A program made the position numbers and the translations under genes. From IMG/VR virus record IMGVR_UViG_3300037067_021615, positions 38,662-102,661 of that record: a DNA stretch of 64,000 nt. One strand, 5' to 3'. Below are positions 9,358 to 18,282 of this stretch, piece by piece. Numbering within the stretch: the stretch's first letter is position 1; each line of letters opens with the position of its first letter. The notes under the pieces were generated by a model that was not told the DNA's origin, made no database searches, and saw only the letters and a program-made list of their open reading frames with translations. This DNA comes from a virus. Its lineage: Duplodnaviria > Caudoviricetes.

Positions 9358-11052
9358 TTATTCTTTTGCTTTAAACAAAGGATTAAGTACAAGCTTATTT
9401 GTAAAATGGTCAATAATATAAGTTTTATTTTGTTTAACATCAGATTCTGAAAGTCTAAATACAATCATACTACCTTTTGCTTTTGGAACATCTAAAAAAC
9501 CTTTTTCTTCCCCAGAAAATGGAGTATTGCATAAATCTGATTCCAATGGTTTGTTAGTAGCTTCAAATTCTTTATTTGTATCAGACTCATATTCTTTTCT
9601 AGAAACTGTATCTGATTTATCTTTTATATTACAGAAACAATCATTTTCATATAATTCTTTCCATCTTTTTGATTGCTCTTTTTGTGTTAATTTTTCTGTA
9701 ATAACATATCTTTTATTAATTCCTTTTTCTTCATTTTCAGTCAAAGAAGAAAATTTTCTTTTTGTTAAATTAAGTTTTTTCTTATAAGTTTCTTCAATAC
9801 TTTTAGCTGTTTCTTCTATTTGATTTAATTCCCCATGCCCCGTTTCTTTTAGCTCTTCTGGGCTATTAACTTTGATACCATGTTTCCCCATTGTGTAATT
9901 ATGTTCCATCCCCTTTGGCGGCCATAATTTTTCACTCATTGGAACTTCTTCCACATAAGGAGTTTTTAAATTTTCTGTAATAAGTTTATAACTTCCATTT
10001 TCTTGTCTAACCAAATGGGGTCTTGGAGTTCTCATTTGACCATAAGTTGTGTTTTTTACAGCTTCACTCATTTGAACTTTTTCATATCCCAAATTTTTAC
10101 TAGCTTTATCTTCATGTTCTCCCCAACCGAATTTTTTGGCAAATCCAGGTCCAACCGAATTTTTATCTGCACCTTTTCCTTCGGTATCAGATGCTACTGG
10201 TCCTGCTAATGGAGCTGGAGATGTTGTTATTTCCTCAATTGTTTTATCTTCACTCCCAATAACAAGTTTTTTATCAGTTGGCTCTCCAGTTGGTGTTTCT
10301 GGGGTTTTAGCTCCCCTTTTTTCTTTCTCTTCGTTTGACTCAAGAGATTCGTTTACAAAATTATATATTTTTTTTCCAGCTTCTTCAAAAGAGCTTGATA
10401 AGATGTCTGTTAATTTCATATTATATTTATTTTCTTTTACAATTGAATCATTCATATTTTTTTCATTTTTATCATCATTTGCAATTTTGGTACCAACTAA
10501 ATATTCTGCTTCAGCTTGAGCAATTGGCTTAAAAAATTTTTTAAAATCTTTTATAAATGTTTTTTCATTTTCAATACCTGAAATAATCCCACTTTTATTT
10601 AATTTATTAGGAGCATATGTATCCTTTTCTGATGATTGGTGAAAGGCTGCAGCTTCTGTGTTTTTATAATCTATATGAACAGTTTTATCTTTTATTTCTA
10701 CATAAATTTCACTAACTATTTTTTTTCCGCCAAAAGTAGAGGTTTTTTGCATATATGAAACTGGTTTTGTAGCTCCCATATTAAGCATTTTTGGAATAGA
10801 AACTGTTACATTTAATTTCCCTTCTTGCGTTCCTTTCCCAACTTCTTTTTCTTTCCCATCTTTTCCTCCAGCAGCTATAACGAACATATAGCTATCTTTT
10901 TCTTCGTAGCCTAATTCTTTAAAAGCATTAATTGTTTCTTCTTTAATTATTTCTTCAATGTTTTCTCCTACAATTTTTTTAATTTTTTGACGTAGAGCAA
11001 AATCATCTGTTTGTTGTACAACGTTCTTTGGATATATTTCTTCTTTTTCCAT
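9358..11052 (-). CDS. Large Glu/Lys-rich putative head-internal protein (ATG at 11052)
   Basis: LRQKIKKIVGENIEEIIKEE; many [ILVM]xE sites; late motif 11070-77. Confidence 0.65.
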   Translation of the reverse strand: MEKEEIYPKNVVQQTDDFALRQKIKKIVGENIEEIIKEETINAFKELGYEEKDSYMFVIAAGGKDGKEKEVGKGTQEGKLNVTVSIPKMLNMGATKPVSYMQKTSTFGGKKIVSEIYVEIKDKTVHIDYKNTEAAAFHQSSEKDTYAPNKLNKSGIISGIENEKTFIKDFKKFFKPIAQAEAEYLVGTKIANDDKNEKNMNDSIVKENKYNMKLTDILSSSFEEAGKKIYNFVNESLESNEEKEKRGAKTPETPTGEPTDKKLVIGSEDKTIEEITTSPAPLAGPVASDTEGKGADKNSVGPGFAKKFGWGEHEDKASKNLGYEKVQMSEAVKNTTYGQMRTPRPHLVRQENGSYKLITENLKTPYVEEVPMSEKLWPPKGMEHNYTMGKHGIKVNSPEELKETGHGELNQIEETAKSIEETYKKKLNLTKRKFSSLTENEEKGINKRYVITEKLTQKEQSKRWKELYENDCFCNIKDKSDTVSRKEYESDTNKEFEATNKPLESDLCNTPFSGEEKGFLDVPKAKGSMIVFRLSESDVKQNKTYIIDHFTNKLVLNPLFKAKE

Positions 11053-11113
11053 TTGCAAATAGATTTTTTTATAAATATTAAAAAAAAACCTTTTTACATT
11101 TTTATTTTAAAAT

Positions 11114-11136
11114 AAAAAAGCTGCATCTCTGCAGCT
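11114..11136 (-). terminator. Intrinsic terminator
   Basis: Minus strand AGCTGCA-GAGA-TGCAGCT-TTTTT. Confidence 0.8.
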
Positions 11137-11137
11137 A

Positions 11138-11440
11138 TTATTTAATTAAATTTTTTTTTCTCCAAGCTTCCCAGGTATCACGGTCTTCAATTTTTAATCC
11201 TGGATTGTCTAAATATATATTATTTTCAAAAAAGTATCCTACAAATCTTTTTTTATATATGGTTTTCTTTTTTTTCTTCATATAATAATATGCATCCGTA
11301 TCATAGTCACCATCTTCAACTTGATATGATATAGTTTTATACATTTTTTTAGCAAATAGCCAAAATTTATAATTCCATTTTGCATTTAAAATATAAAATC
11401 TAAATCTTGAATGGTTCCATATTTTTTTAAAGATGTTCAT
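11138..11440 (-). CDS. Hypothetical protein (probable start MNIFKK at 11440)
   Basis: This start removes the overlap with the upstream ORF. Confidence 0.55.
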   Translation of the reverse strand: MNIFKKIWNHSRFRFYILNAKWNYKFWLFAKKMYKTISYQVEDGDYDTDAYYYMKKKKKTIYKKRFVGYFFENNIYLDNPGLKIEDRDTWEAWRKKNLIK

Positions 11441-11447
11441 ATGCAGA

Positions 11448-11843
11448 TTAATTTTTTTTAAATTCTTTGACACTAATTCTTTCATGTGCCGTGTGTTTAT
11501 CCCCACATTTTGAACATACACAATCATTTAAATCTTTGTATTCTTCTTTCTTTTCTGAATAAAAAGCATATCCAACTAATGTTGTAGAATGCATTTTTGA
11601 CCCACATTTTGGACAAACTTTATGAGCTTTGCTATATTTTCTCATGAATTTTTTATATTCTTTGCTGGGCTTATCTACGCATAAAGATGTGTATGGCAAA
11701 TATATATACGCAGATTCTATATATTCTTTTTCAATTGATACTTCAGCGACATTCATTTTTTTAATTTCAATTGTTTCATAAAATTCTGGATTAACTTTTT
11801 TTAAAGTATAGCGAAAAGTTATTTTTTTTATGTTCTTTTTCAT
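11448..11843 (-). CDS. Zn-ribbon protein with major-capsid C-terminal-like motifs
   Basis: FRYTLKKVNPEFYETIEI, ESAYIYLPY, then CPKCG...CSKCG. Confidence 0.7.
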   Translation of the reverse strand: MKKNIKKITFRYTLKKVNPEFYETIEIKKMNVAEVSIEKEYIESAYIYLPYTSLCVDKPSKEYKKFMRKYSKAHKVCPKCGSKMHSTTLVGYAFYSEKKEEYKDLNDCVCSKCGDKHTAHERISVKEFKKN

Positions 11844-11844
11844 A

Positions 11845-12081
11845 TTACCACATTGTTAATTGCATTGGAGAGATTACATAAAATAAAAGAAGTAAACAAA
11901 AGATAAATATTGCAATTATAGAAAAATATAACATAATTTTTACTTTTATTTTATCTATAATTGTACTATCTTCATACTCCACAGTTTTTTCTGTCAGCTT
12001 AAAATCTTTGTATAAGTTTTTTATTATAAAACCACCTAAAATAATAATAAGCGATAATATAATTTTAAGTAATATTATCAT
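11845..12081 (-). CDS. Small two-TM membrane protein
   Basis: Two hydrophobic segments. Confidence 0.6.
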   Translation of the reverse strand: MIILLKIILSLIIILGGFIIKNLYKDFKLTEKTVEYEDSTIIDKIKVKIMLYFSIIAIFIFCLLLLFYVISPMQLTMW

Positions 12082-12433
12082 TATTTGATTCCTCCTTTTT
12101 TTCTATTGTTTGTTTAACTTCATTAACTACTTGAGAATTATTTTCTTTAAAAATTTGATTAATTTCGTTTTCAACTTTTTTAATATTTTCGTCTAAATGT
12201 TCGTTAGCTGATGGTAATGGGAAGTGATTTGCATAATATCTCTGAATAACCTCTATTGTCAACTCTGCTAATGTGATTTTTTCAAATTCTTTTTTCAATT
12301 CTGTAGTATTCTCATCGATTGGGTTACATCCATGCTCTAATATAAAAGAAATATTAGAAGCAGCTCTATCTCTGTCTGCTACACATTGAGATAAAGTTGC
12401 TAACATCATTTTTTGTTTATTTTTTTCCATCAT
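12065..12433 (-). CDS. Hypothetical protein
   Basis: Operon-coupled ORF. Confidence 0.6.
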   Translation of the reverse strand: MMEKNKQKMMLATLSQCVADRDRAASNISFILEHGCNPIDENTTELKKEFEKITLAELTIEVIQRYYANHFPLPSANEHLDENIKKVENEINQIFKENNSQVVNEVKQTIEKKEESNNDNIT

Positions 12434-12435
12434 TT

Positions 12436-13041
12436 TTAGATTTGACTTTCTGGAATTACTGGGACTTCATCTCTCTGCTCTTTTATGTTTTCTTTTTTAT
12501 TTTTTCTTTCTTCTTTTTCTTGATTAGTAATTCTTTCCACAACTGTATCAATCATTTCTGAACTATTTAATACTTTGGCTTCACCATAACATCTTAAATT
12601 GGAGGTATATTCTTTGCTATCGGCTGGATATTTTTTAGTTTTGTTATCAATATCAATATCAACACCACAAAGTATTTTATCTAATTGAATTACTTTATTT
12701 TCTATATCTAATTCTTTCCATGATTTATAATGAATGAAGAGTATGTAATCATATTCATCATTTACCATTTTTTCTACATCAGTACGCAAAGACAAATTTC
12801 CAAGTACGTATCTACCACCATCTTTTTTTACATTTGTAGTATAAAGATATTTAATTCTTTCTGGCTTTATGTCTTTGTTGTGTTCAGTATTAGATTTAAT
12901 CCAATTAGCAATCTGCAGTAATTCATCATCTGCATCTATGTATTTGCTACCACCAGCAAAAACCGTTTGCTTTTCTAAAAGTTCAACTTGTATCTCAGGA
13001 GTTTGTACTCCTCTTAATGCTAAAAAATTTTTTTCTGTCAT
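12436..13041 (-). CDS. Phage metallopeptidase-like protein lacking HExxH
   Basis: RIKYLY..GRYVLG..YDYILFI..WKEL..KVIQLDKILCG, where the family normally has LxDHELxH. Confidence 0.55.
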   Translation of the reverse strand: MTEKNFLALRGVQTPEIQVELLEKQTVFAGGSKYIDADDELLQIANWIKSNTEHNKDIKPERIKYLYTTNVKKDGGRYVLGNLSLRTDVEKMVNDEYDYILFIHYKSWKELDIENKVIQLDKILCGVDIDIDNKTKKYPADSKEYTSNLRCYGEAKVLNSSEMIDTVVERITNQEKEERKNKKENIKEQRDEVPVIPESQI

Positions 13042-13066
13042 AATTATATGTTTTAATATTAACAGT

Positions 13067-13097
13067 CAAAGATAAGAAAAAAAAATATGAAAACAAA
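13067..13097 (-). promoter_or_regulatory. Bacteroidota-type promoter
   Basis: TTTG(13094-97)-N19-TATCTTTG(13067-74). Confidence 0.8.
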
Positions 13098-13105
13098 ATT
13101 ATTAT

Positions 13106-13162
13106 AAAAAAAGAAGCACCCCTAAAAAATGGGAGTGCCAGACCACAAATACTTTTCGTGGT
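13106..13162 (-). terminator. Terminator preceded by a second hairpin
   Basis: Minus strand ACCACGAA-AAGTA-TTTGTGGT, then GCACTCC..GGGGTGC followed by a U-run. Confidence 0.65.
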
Positions 13163-13166
13163 GATG

Positions 13167-13730
13167 TTATTTATTTATTCTTTGTTGTGATGGGTCGTAT
13201 TGTGTTCTAAAAACACCCATTCCATTATTTTTATAGGCGCCCCCAACATGGCGTAATCTTTCTTTTTTTTTATTTCCCTGTTCATGTGTATCAGATAGTT
13301 TAGATGTTACCCATTTTTTACAAGCATCTCCACCATGTAAATTCCAAACCAATAATATATTTGATTTAATCATTTCATATATAGTACCCCTTCTTTGCTG
13401 TATTATTCCTATTCTTTTTCTTTCTTCTTCCACTTTTGTTAAATTAGATTCAAAAAAAGATTTTAATCTCTTCATTTCAGCAAAACTTTGTTTAGTTTTT
13501 TGAGAAAGTTGTTTTGCTTTCATTCTACCACTGCCCTGATTTCCTGTTGTATCTAAACTTGCTAATTTTATTCCCTTTTGTAATGCTACAGTTATAGCCT
13601 CTAGTGCTGTTTGTGCTGTTTCTGCCACTTCAGTAGTGGGCATATAATTTTTATTGTTATTTTTCATCTCAAAAGACTCAAATAGCAAATTGATTTGTTC
13701 TCTTATTATTTTTCTGAGAGCATTCTTCAT
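13167..13730 (-). CDS. Putative head protein with conserved phage 'WxLWGGD' domain
   Basis: GRMKAKQLS..MKRLKSFF..VWNLHGGDACKKWV; N-terminal LRKIIREQINLLFE. Confidence 0.6.
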   Translation of the reverse strand: MKNALRKIIREQINLLFESFEMKNNNKNYMPTTEVAETAQTALEAITVALQKGIKLASLDTTGNQGSGRMKAKQLSQKTKQSFAEMKRLKSFFESNLTKVEEERKRIGIIQQRRGTIYEMIKSNILLVWNLHGGDACKKWVTSKLSDTHEQGNKKKERLRHVGGAYKNNGMGVFRTQYDPSQQRINK

Positions 13731-14185
13731 TATTCACTTATCATTGATAGAACTGTGTTCTTGATATCAATTTCATTAACTGCTGGGAATCCCAAGTTCA
13801 TTAAATTCCAATTTATTTCATCATAAAAAGAAATGTTGTTTATTGGAGTTCCTGACTTTAAAACTCGTTTAATACATATTTCAAGTGCTTCGTCTGGCTT
13901 AAGGTTTGATGGAGCTACTTTAGGCGTTCTAACTGCTGTATTGTCTTTATAATCATCTACAATCGAATTAACAGTTTTTCCTCTTCCTCCAGTTCCAAAT
14001 TTGCCAGCTATATAATATTCATTTTTAAAATCTGCATTTATGTTTTCAGAAATAAGAGCTTTAAGCCTTTTATTTTCTTTCAAAAGTTTTTCTGAATTTA
14101 TTTCCTTTGTATTGTCTTTATAAATTTCATGACTTTCCTCAAGAGAATTCATAATTTCAATCATTCTTTTATCGTTTTCTTTCAT
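13730..14185 (-). CDS. Putative head-internal protein
   Basis: KRMIEIM..LEE, LLKENKRLKALISE. Confidence 0.55.
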   Translation of the reverse strand: MKENDKRMIEIMNSLEESHEIYKDNTKEINSEKLLKENKRLKALISENINADFKNEYYIAGKFGTGGRGKTVNSIVDDYKDNTAVRTPKVAPSNLKPDEALEICIKRVLKSGTPINNISFYDEINWNLMNLGFPAVNEIDIKNTVLSMISE

Positions 14186-14203
14186 TTTATTAAATTTTAT
14201 ATG

Positions 14204-14686
14204 TTACCAAACTACTGTTCCTAATCCTAAATTGCCAGAATAATTTCTAACTGATTTTGGCATTGACCTTTTAAATATTTTTTCCAAATCCATTGTTTGA
14301 CTTGCACCAATCATCCTGTTTGTTGCATTTGATGGGATGTCTTGGTCTGGCATTATTTCATTTGTATCGTCTATTATTTCATCTATCTGTTCTACATCAG
14401 CTTCTTTTGAGCTATCAAAATAATCTTTAAGATAATCATTGAATAAACTTGAAGCTTTCTTGCCTTCTTTTAAATGCGTATTTAACCATTTTTTAAAATC
14501 AGTTAATTTAGTAATAAAAGAATACTTTTTTTTATAAGTAGTAGAGAAATCAATTTTAATATAATTTTCTTTATTATCAAAATCTATATCATGAATTTTA
14601 TCAATAGTATCTCCTTTGATATAAATAAAATTATCATCTTTATCACTTTCTGATTCTAACAAAAAGTCTCTTATGCTATTTTTCAT
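14204..14686 (-). CDS. Putative head-internal protein
   Basis: MKNSIRDFLLE; TATTTATT at 14701-08. Confidence 0.55.
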   Translation of the reverse strand: MKNSIRDFLLESESDKDDNFIYIKGDTIDKIHDIDFDNKENYIKIDFSTTYKKKYSFITKLTDFKKWLNTHLKEGKKASSLFNDYLKDYFDSSKEADVEQIDEIIDDTNEIMPDQDIPSNATNRMIGASQTMDLEKIFKRSMPKSVRNYSGNLGLGTVVW

Positions 14687-14750
14687 CCCAAATGTTTTAT
14701 AATAAATAGAATAAAATTCTTTTTTTTGGGGGAATTAAAACTAATTATGA

Positions 14751-16841
14751 TTATTCGTTTTGTAATTTTAAATCTTTTATGGGTCTATAAGATATATCTT
14801 TAATTGTAAGAAATTCCATTAATAATCTTTTGAATCTATCTGACCCTGGTTTATTAGCAAATCCTTTTACTTGGTGAAATTCGAGTCCATTGACACTATC
14901 AAATGTAAACCCAATTGTAAATCTTATTAATTCATCTGGAGATAAATCTGCAGTTCTATCAAATACTTGCCCAATAACATAAGATTCTGTAATAACTTTT
15001 TTGGAATAAGATGATGCACTATGCTTCATTTGAACCCCTTCTGTTATAAGCATAGCTGGAGTGGATATTAATTTGAATTCTAAAGGTCCCTCATAATCTT
15101 CTCTGCTTTCTAAAAACTTAAATCTGTTAACAAAATCTTTAAATTTAGCATTTTTTTCTTTATCTGCCACAACGTTAAAATATTTAACCAAGTTATCGTG
15201 ATAATCTATTAATTCCTTATATGTTCTAATTTTATTAAATTCCTTTCTAGGGTCAAATTCTAGAACCTCCATCATCATTATACTGTCATCATAAAACACA
15301 AATTCAAATTTATTTACATTTGAATAATCTGGAATAAAATTTTCCATGTTAAGAGTTGGCTTATATTTAAGTGTTTCTTGAATTGTATAGTCTTTTATTA
15401 TGGCAATAATTCTTTCGAACTCTTTAATGTCAACATTATCTCTAAAATAAATTAAATCTATAACCCTTGTAAGTAATTCTAAGTCATGTTTTTGTAATAA
15501 AGATATTATTTGATGCTTATCGTAGAATTTAAAATATTTTAATAATTGTTTATAATCCGAAAAATTTTTTATGTTTTTATATATAAACTTTGAGGCATTT
15601 GCATCATTTGATATTTCCATTACTTGAAATTTGTTTGCATCAGCATTGTGGGAAATTTTAGTTTTATAATCTTTGTTTTCTTTATAAATAATTTTCATTT
15701 CTTTTTCTTCGCCTTCAATTACTTCAAAGCTTTTGATTTCTTCTTTTCTTTCTGAAGGCTTTCTTTTTAAATCTGCAGCTTCATCAATTTCCATTTTTAT
15801 TATTTTACTTGATTTAAAAAGGAACTCATGAATTTCTTTGTTATCTTCATTTACTTCTTCATTTATCTTTTTAATATAGTTGCTAACAAGATAATTAAAT
15901 ATAGGAATTGGGGATGTTAATCCACCATCTTTCAATTTGCTACTACTTGGGACATCACATTCTTTCATTAAATCATATAAAAATTTGCAGCCTTTAGTTA
16001 AAGCTATAGTAGACAGATTAGAATATTTTATTATCCCAAAAAATATAGAAACAACTTTTTTTATTGAATCCAAACCTGCATGATTAAATCTATTTTTCAC
16101 TTCTCCCAATAACTCTTCTACAACATTAGTGTTTTTAACATCTATAACATATTTAGCAAGTTTACTAACATATAATTGCACATAATATAAGTTATAGATA
16201 TTGGGAATTTCTTCAGTAAAAATGTTATCAGTTACTTTTGTAATCATATCCAAATCAAACTCTATTTCATTAGCATCAAAGTCTTTGAAATATATTTTAT
16301 TAAATGATATGTTGTATTTTATGTATTTACATTTTTGTTCAAAGTCAAGAGTATATGCTGGGTTTGTATTTGTTCCACTTTTTTTGATGTCTGGCTTTAT
16401 TTTTGCATAATATAAAAATAATTCATTTTCTGTTTCTAAAACATTATATCCAGATATAAAATATGAATTGTCTACAATTAATTTTTGTTGATTTTCTAAT
16501 GTAGCAAAATTTTTATTGCATCCATTACACCTTATTATAATATCATCATCTTCTGACAATTTTATACTTTTAAACAAATCTGCAAATTCATCATCATTAT
16601 CTTTACAAATTATACTTAACTTATCTGATTTACTTTCATTGTTTTTAAGTTCTACAGGTAAATTAATTTTTTCTGGAAACAAATAGTCTATTTGCTCATG
16701 TTTTGGAATTTCTTTTACAATTTTTTTTTCAGTTTCTGTTATAACACCACAGTTACAAAAATAAATTTCTTTTTCTCTTTCTTTATCTTCAAATAAAAAA
16801 GAATATTCTTTTTTAATTTCTTTTATATCTAAAACTTGCAT
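14751..16841 (-). CDS. Large PcfJ-like domain protein
   Basis: N-terminal CxCG and CxxC; C-terminal YHDNL..EGVQMKHSASSY..QVKGFAN. Confidence 0.7.
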   Translation of the reverse strand: MQVLDIKEIKKEYSFLFEDKEREKEIYFCNCGVITETEKKIVKEIPKHEQIDYLFPEKINLPVELKNNESKSDKLSIICKDNDDEFADLFKSIKLSEDDDIIIRCNGCNKNFATLENQQKLIVDNSYFISGYNVLETENELFLYYAKIKPDIKKSGTNTNPAYTLDFEQKCKYIKYNISFNKIYFKDFDANEIEFDLDMITKVTDNIFTEEIPNIYNLYYVQLYVSKLAKYVIDVKNTNVVEELLGEVKNRFNHAGLDSIKKVVSIFFGIIKYSNLSTIALTKGCKFLYDLMKECDVPSSSKLKDGGLTSPIPIFNYLVSNYIKKINEEVNEDNKEIHEFLFKSSKIIKMEIDEAADLKRKPSERKEEIKSFEVIEGEEKEMKIIYKENKDYKTKISHNADANKFQVMEISNDANASKFIYKNIKNFSDYKQLLKYFKFYDKHQIISLLQKHDLELLTRVIDLIYFRDNVDIKEFERIIAIIKDYTIQETLKYKPTLNMENFIPDYSNVNKFEFVFYDDSIMMMEVLEFDPRKEFNKIRTYKELIDYHDNLVKYFNVVADKEKNAKFKDFVNRFKFLESREDYEGPLEFKLISTPAMLITEGVQMKHSASSYSKKVITESYVIGQVFDRTADLSPDELIRFTIGFTFDSVNGLEFHQVKGFANKPGSDRFKRLLMEFLTIKDISYRPIKDLKLQNE

Positions 16842-16869
16842 ATATTTTTTGTCTTAAATATAGTAAAAC

Positions 16870-16904
16870 AAAAAAAAAGAGTCAAGAATAATCCTGACTC
16901 TTTT
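16870..16904 (-). terminator. Intrinsic terminator
   Basis: Minus strand GAGTCAGGA-loop-TCTTGACTC followed by a T-run. Confidence 0.8.
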
Positions 16905-16923
16905 ATGTATTTTTAAATTATTA

Positions 16924-17646
16924 TTAAATGATTTTAGATAATTTAAGTGCTTCTTTTCTTACAAACTCTAATAATGCAGCTTTGTTTTTAAAGCTTTCTG
17001 GAAGCTGAATTGTTTTTATAGAATCTCTTAATTTTTGTTCACGTTCATCTTTTTCGTTTTTAGATTCTTTATTAACTTCTTTATCAGTTTGTCCTTTAGA
17101 AAATCCGTCTTTATTTATTTCCCCTTTTCCCAAAACTTGAGTCATGGGCTTTTCTGCTTTATCTTCTTTGTCCTCTTTGTTCATATCAACATCATTTTCT
17201 TTTTTCCCAGGAACTCCACCTTCTTTTGTTGGGTCAGCTTCTATAGAAATACTTGGTTGAGTAGTTTTACTATCAACTTTTGGCTTTGCTTGACCGTCAA
17301 TAAATGGATTTGTCTCAGTTCCCTTTTTCTCAGAATTGGTACCTTCAATTTTAGCTGCCGTAGCAATATCTTCGTCATGACCACCGTCTCTTTCTTTCAT
17401 TTTAATAGTAACTGGGTCTTCAGTTTTTTTAAATTCTTTTGGAATATTAACTGGTGCCTCTGTCTTCATTTTCCCTTTAGTATCAACTTGTGCACCAGTA
17501 GAATTTTTGGAGCCATCGTTCTTATTCATTTTTAAATCAGTAGGAGTCCCAAGGTTTTGTATTTTTTCTTCTTTAAGAATTTTGCGAGCTTCAGTTATTA
17601 TATATTCTCTAAATTCTTCCTCAGTTTTGAATGTTTTAGTACTCAT
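16924..17646 (-). CDS. Low-complexity putative head-internal protein (start MSTKTF at 17646)
   Basis: EFREYIITEARKILKEE; late motif 17664-71 lies inside the longer track ORF. Confidence 0.65.
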   Translation of the reverse strand: MSTKTFKTEEEFREYIITEARKILKEEKIQNLGTPTDLKMNKNDGSKNSTGAQVDTKGKMKTEAPVNIPKEFKKTEDPVTIKMKERDGGHDEDIATAAKIEGTNSEKKGTETNPFIDGQAKPKVDSKTTQPSISIEADPTKEGGVPGKKENDVDMNKEDKEDKAEKPMTQVLGKGEINKDGFSKGQTDKEVNKESKNEKDEREQKLRDSIKTIQLPESFKNKAALLEFVRKEALKLSKII

Positions 17647-17703
17647 ATAAATTATTTTTTTTATATAAATAGATAATAAAACATAAAAATCAAAAAGCAA
17701 ACA

Positions 17704-17727
17704 AACTTTTTTAAAAAAAAACGTATA
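17704..17727 (+). promoter_or_regulatory. ECF-sigma-like promoter
   Basis: AACTTTTT...CGTATA with AAC-N15-CGTA spacing. Confidence 0.45.
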
Positions 17728-17743
17728 AAATAATGTAAATGGT

Positions 17744-17774
17744 TTTGAATTTAATAAAAAAGTTGTTATATTTG
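17744..17774 (+). promoter_or_regulatory. Bacteroidota-type promoter
   Basis: TTTG(17744-47)-N19-TATATTTG(17767-74), 4 nt before ATG. Confidence 0.8.
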
Positions 17775-17778
17775 CAAA

Positions 17779-18282
17779 ATGGAAAATGTTGTTAGAACAT
17801 ACAAGTTACTTATATCCAATAATATTCCAGAAGATTTATTTGTTCTTCAATATGGGCAAGAATTATTTAATCATCTCAAAAAAGAAGCTTTTATAATAGA
17901 CAAAGGGAGATGTGCGGGATGTGAGCATGAACCTCCAGGTCATAAAAAAAATGATTTATTTTTTCACATATACGAAGTTAATAAAATAAATCCAGAACTT
18001 TCTAAGGGAATTACGCTGTGTAAAGCATGTCATGCAACACAACATATTGAAAATTCTATAAAAAACAATTGGATAATATTTGTTAACTCTACATATGACC
18101 AAAATAATTTAATTAGATTAAATAGGGCAAATCAAACATATGGGCTAATTAATCAAAAATTTATAGTACCATTAAAAAAAACCCCTGAACAATTCTTAAA
18201 AGAATGGTATTCTGGGGAAGCTAAATTAACAACAACCTTAAAAGTTATTTTTACAAATAATTTTAATTTTGATGATTTATAA
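17779..18282 (+). CDS. HNH-fold zinc-binding protein
   Basis: DKGRCAGC...FHIYE...TLCKACHATQH. Confidence 0.65.
   Translation: MENVVRTYKLLISNNIPEDLFVLQYGQELFNHLKKEAFIIDKGRCAGCEHEPPGHKKNDLFFHIYEVNKINPELSKGITLCKACHATQHIENSIKNNWIIFVNSTYDQNNLIRLNRANQTYGLINQKFIVPLKKTPEQFLKEWYSGEAKLTTTLKVIFTNNFNFDDL

Noticed and set aside
13106-13162. tRNA or known riboswitch
   Set aside because: Too short, with no cloverleaf or recognisable aptamer; no tRNA or rRNA was seen anywhere in the window
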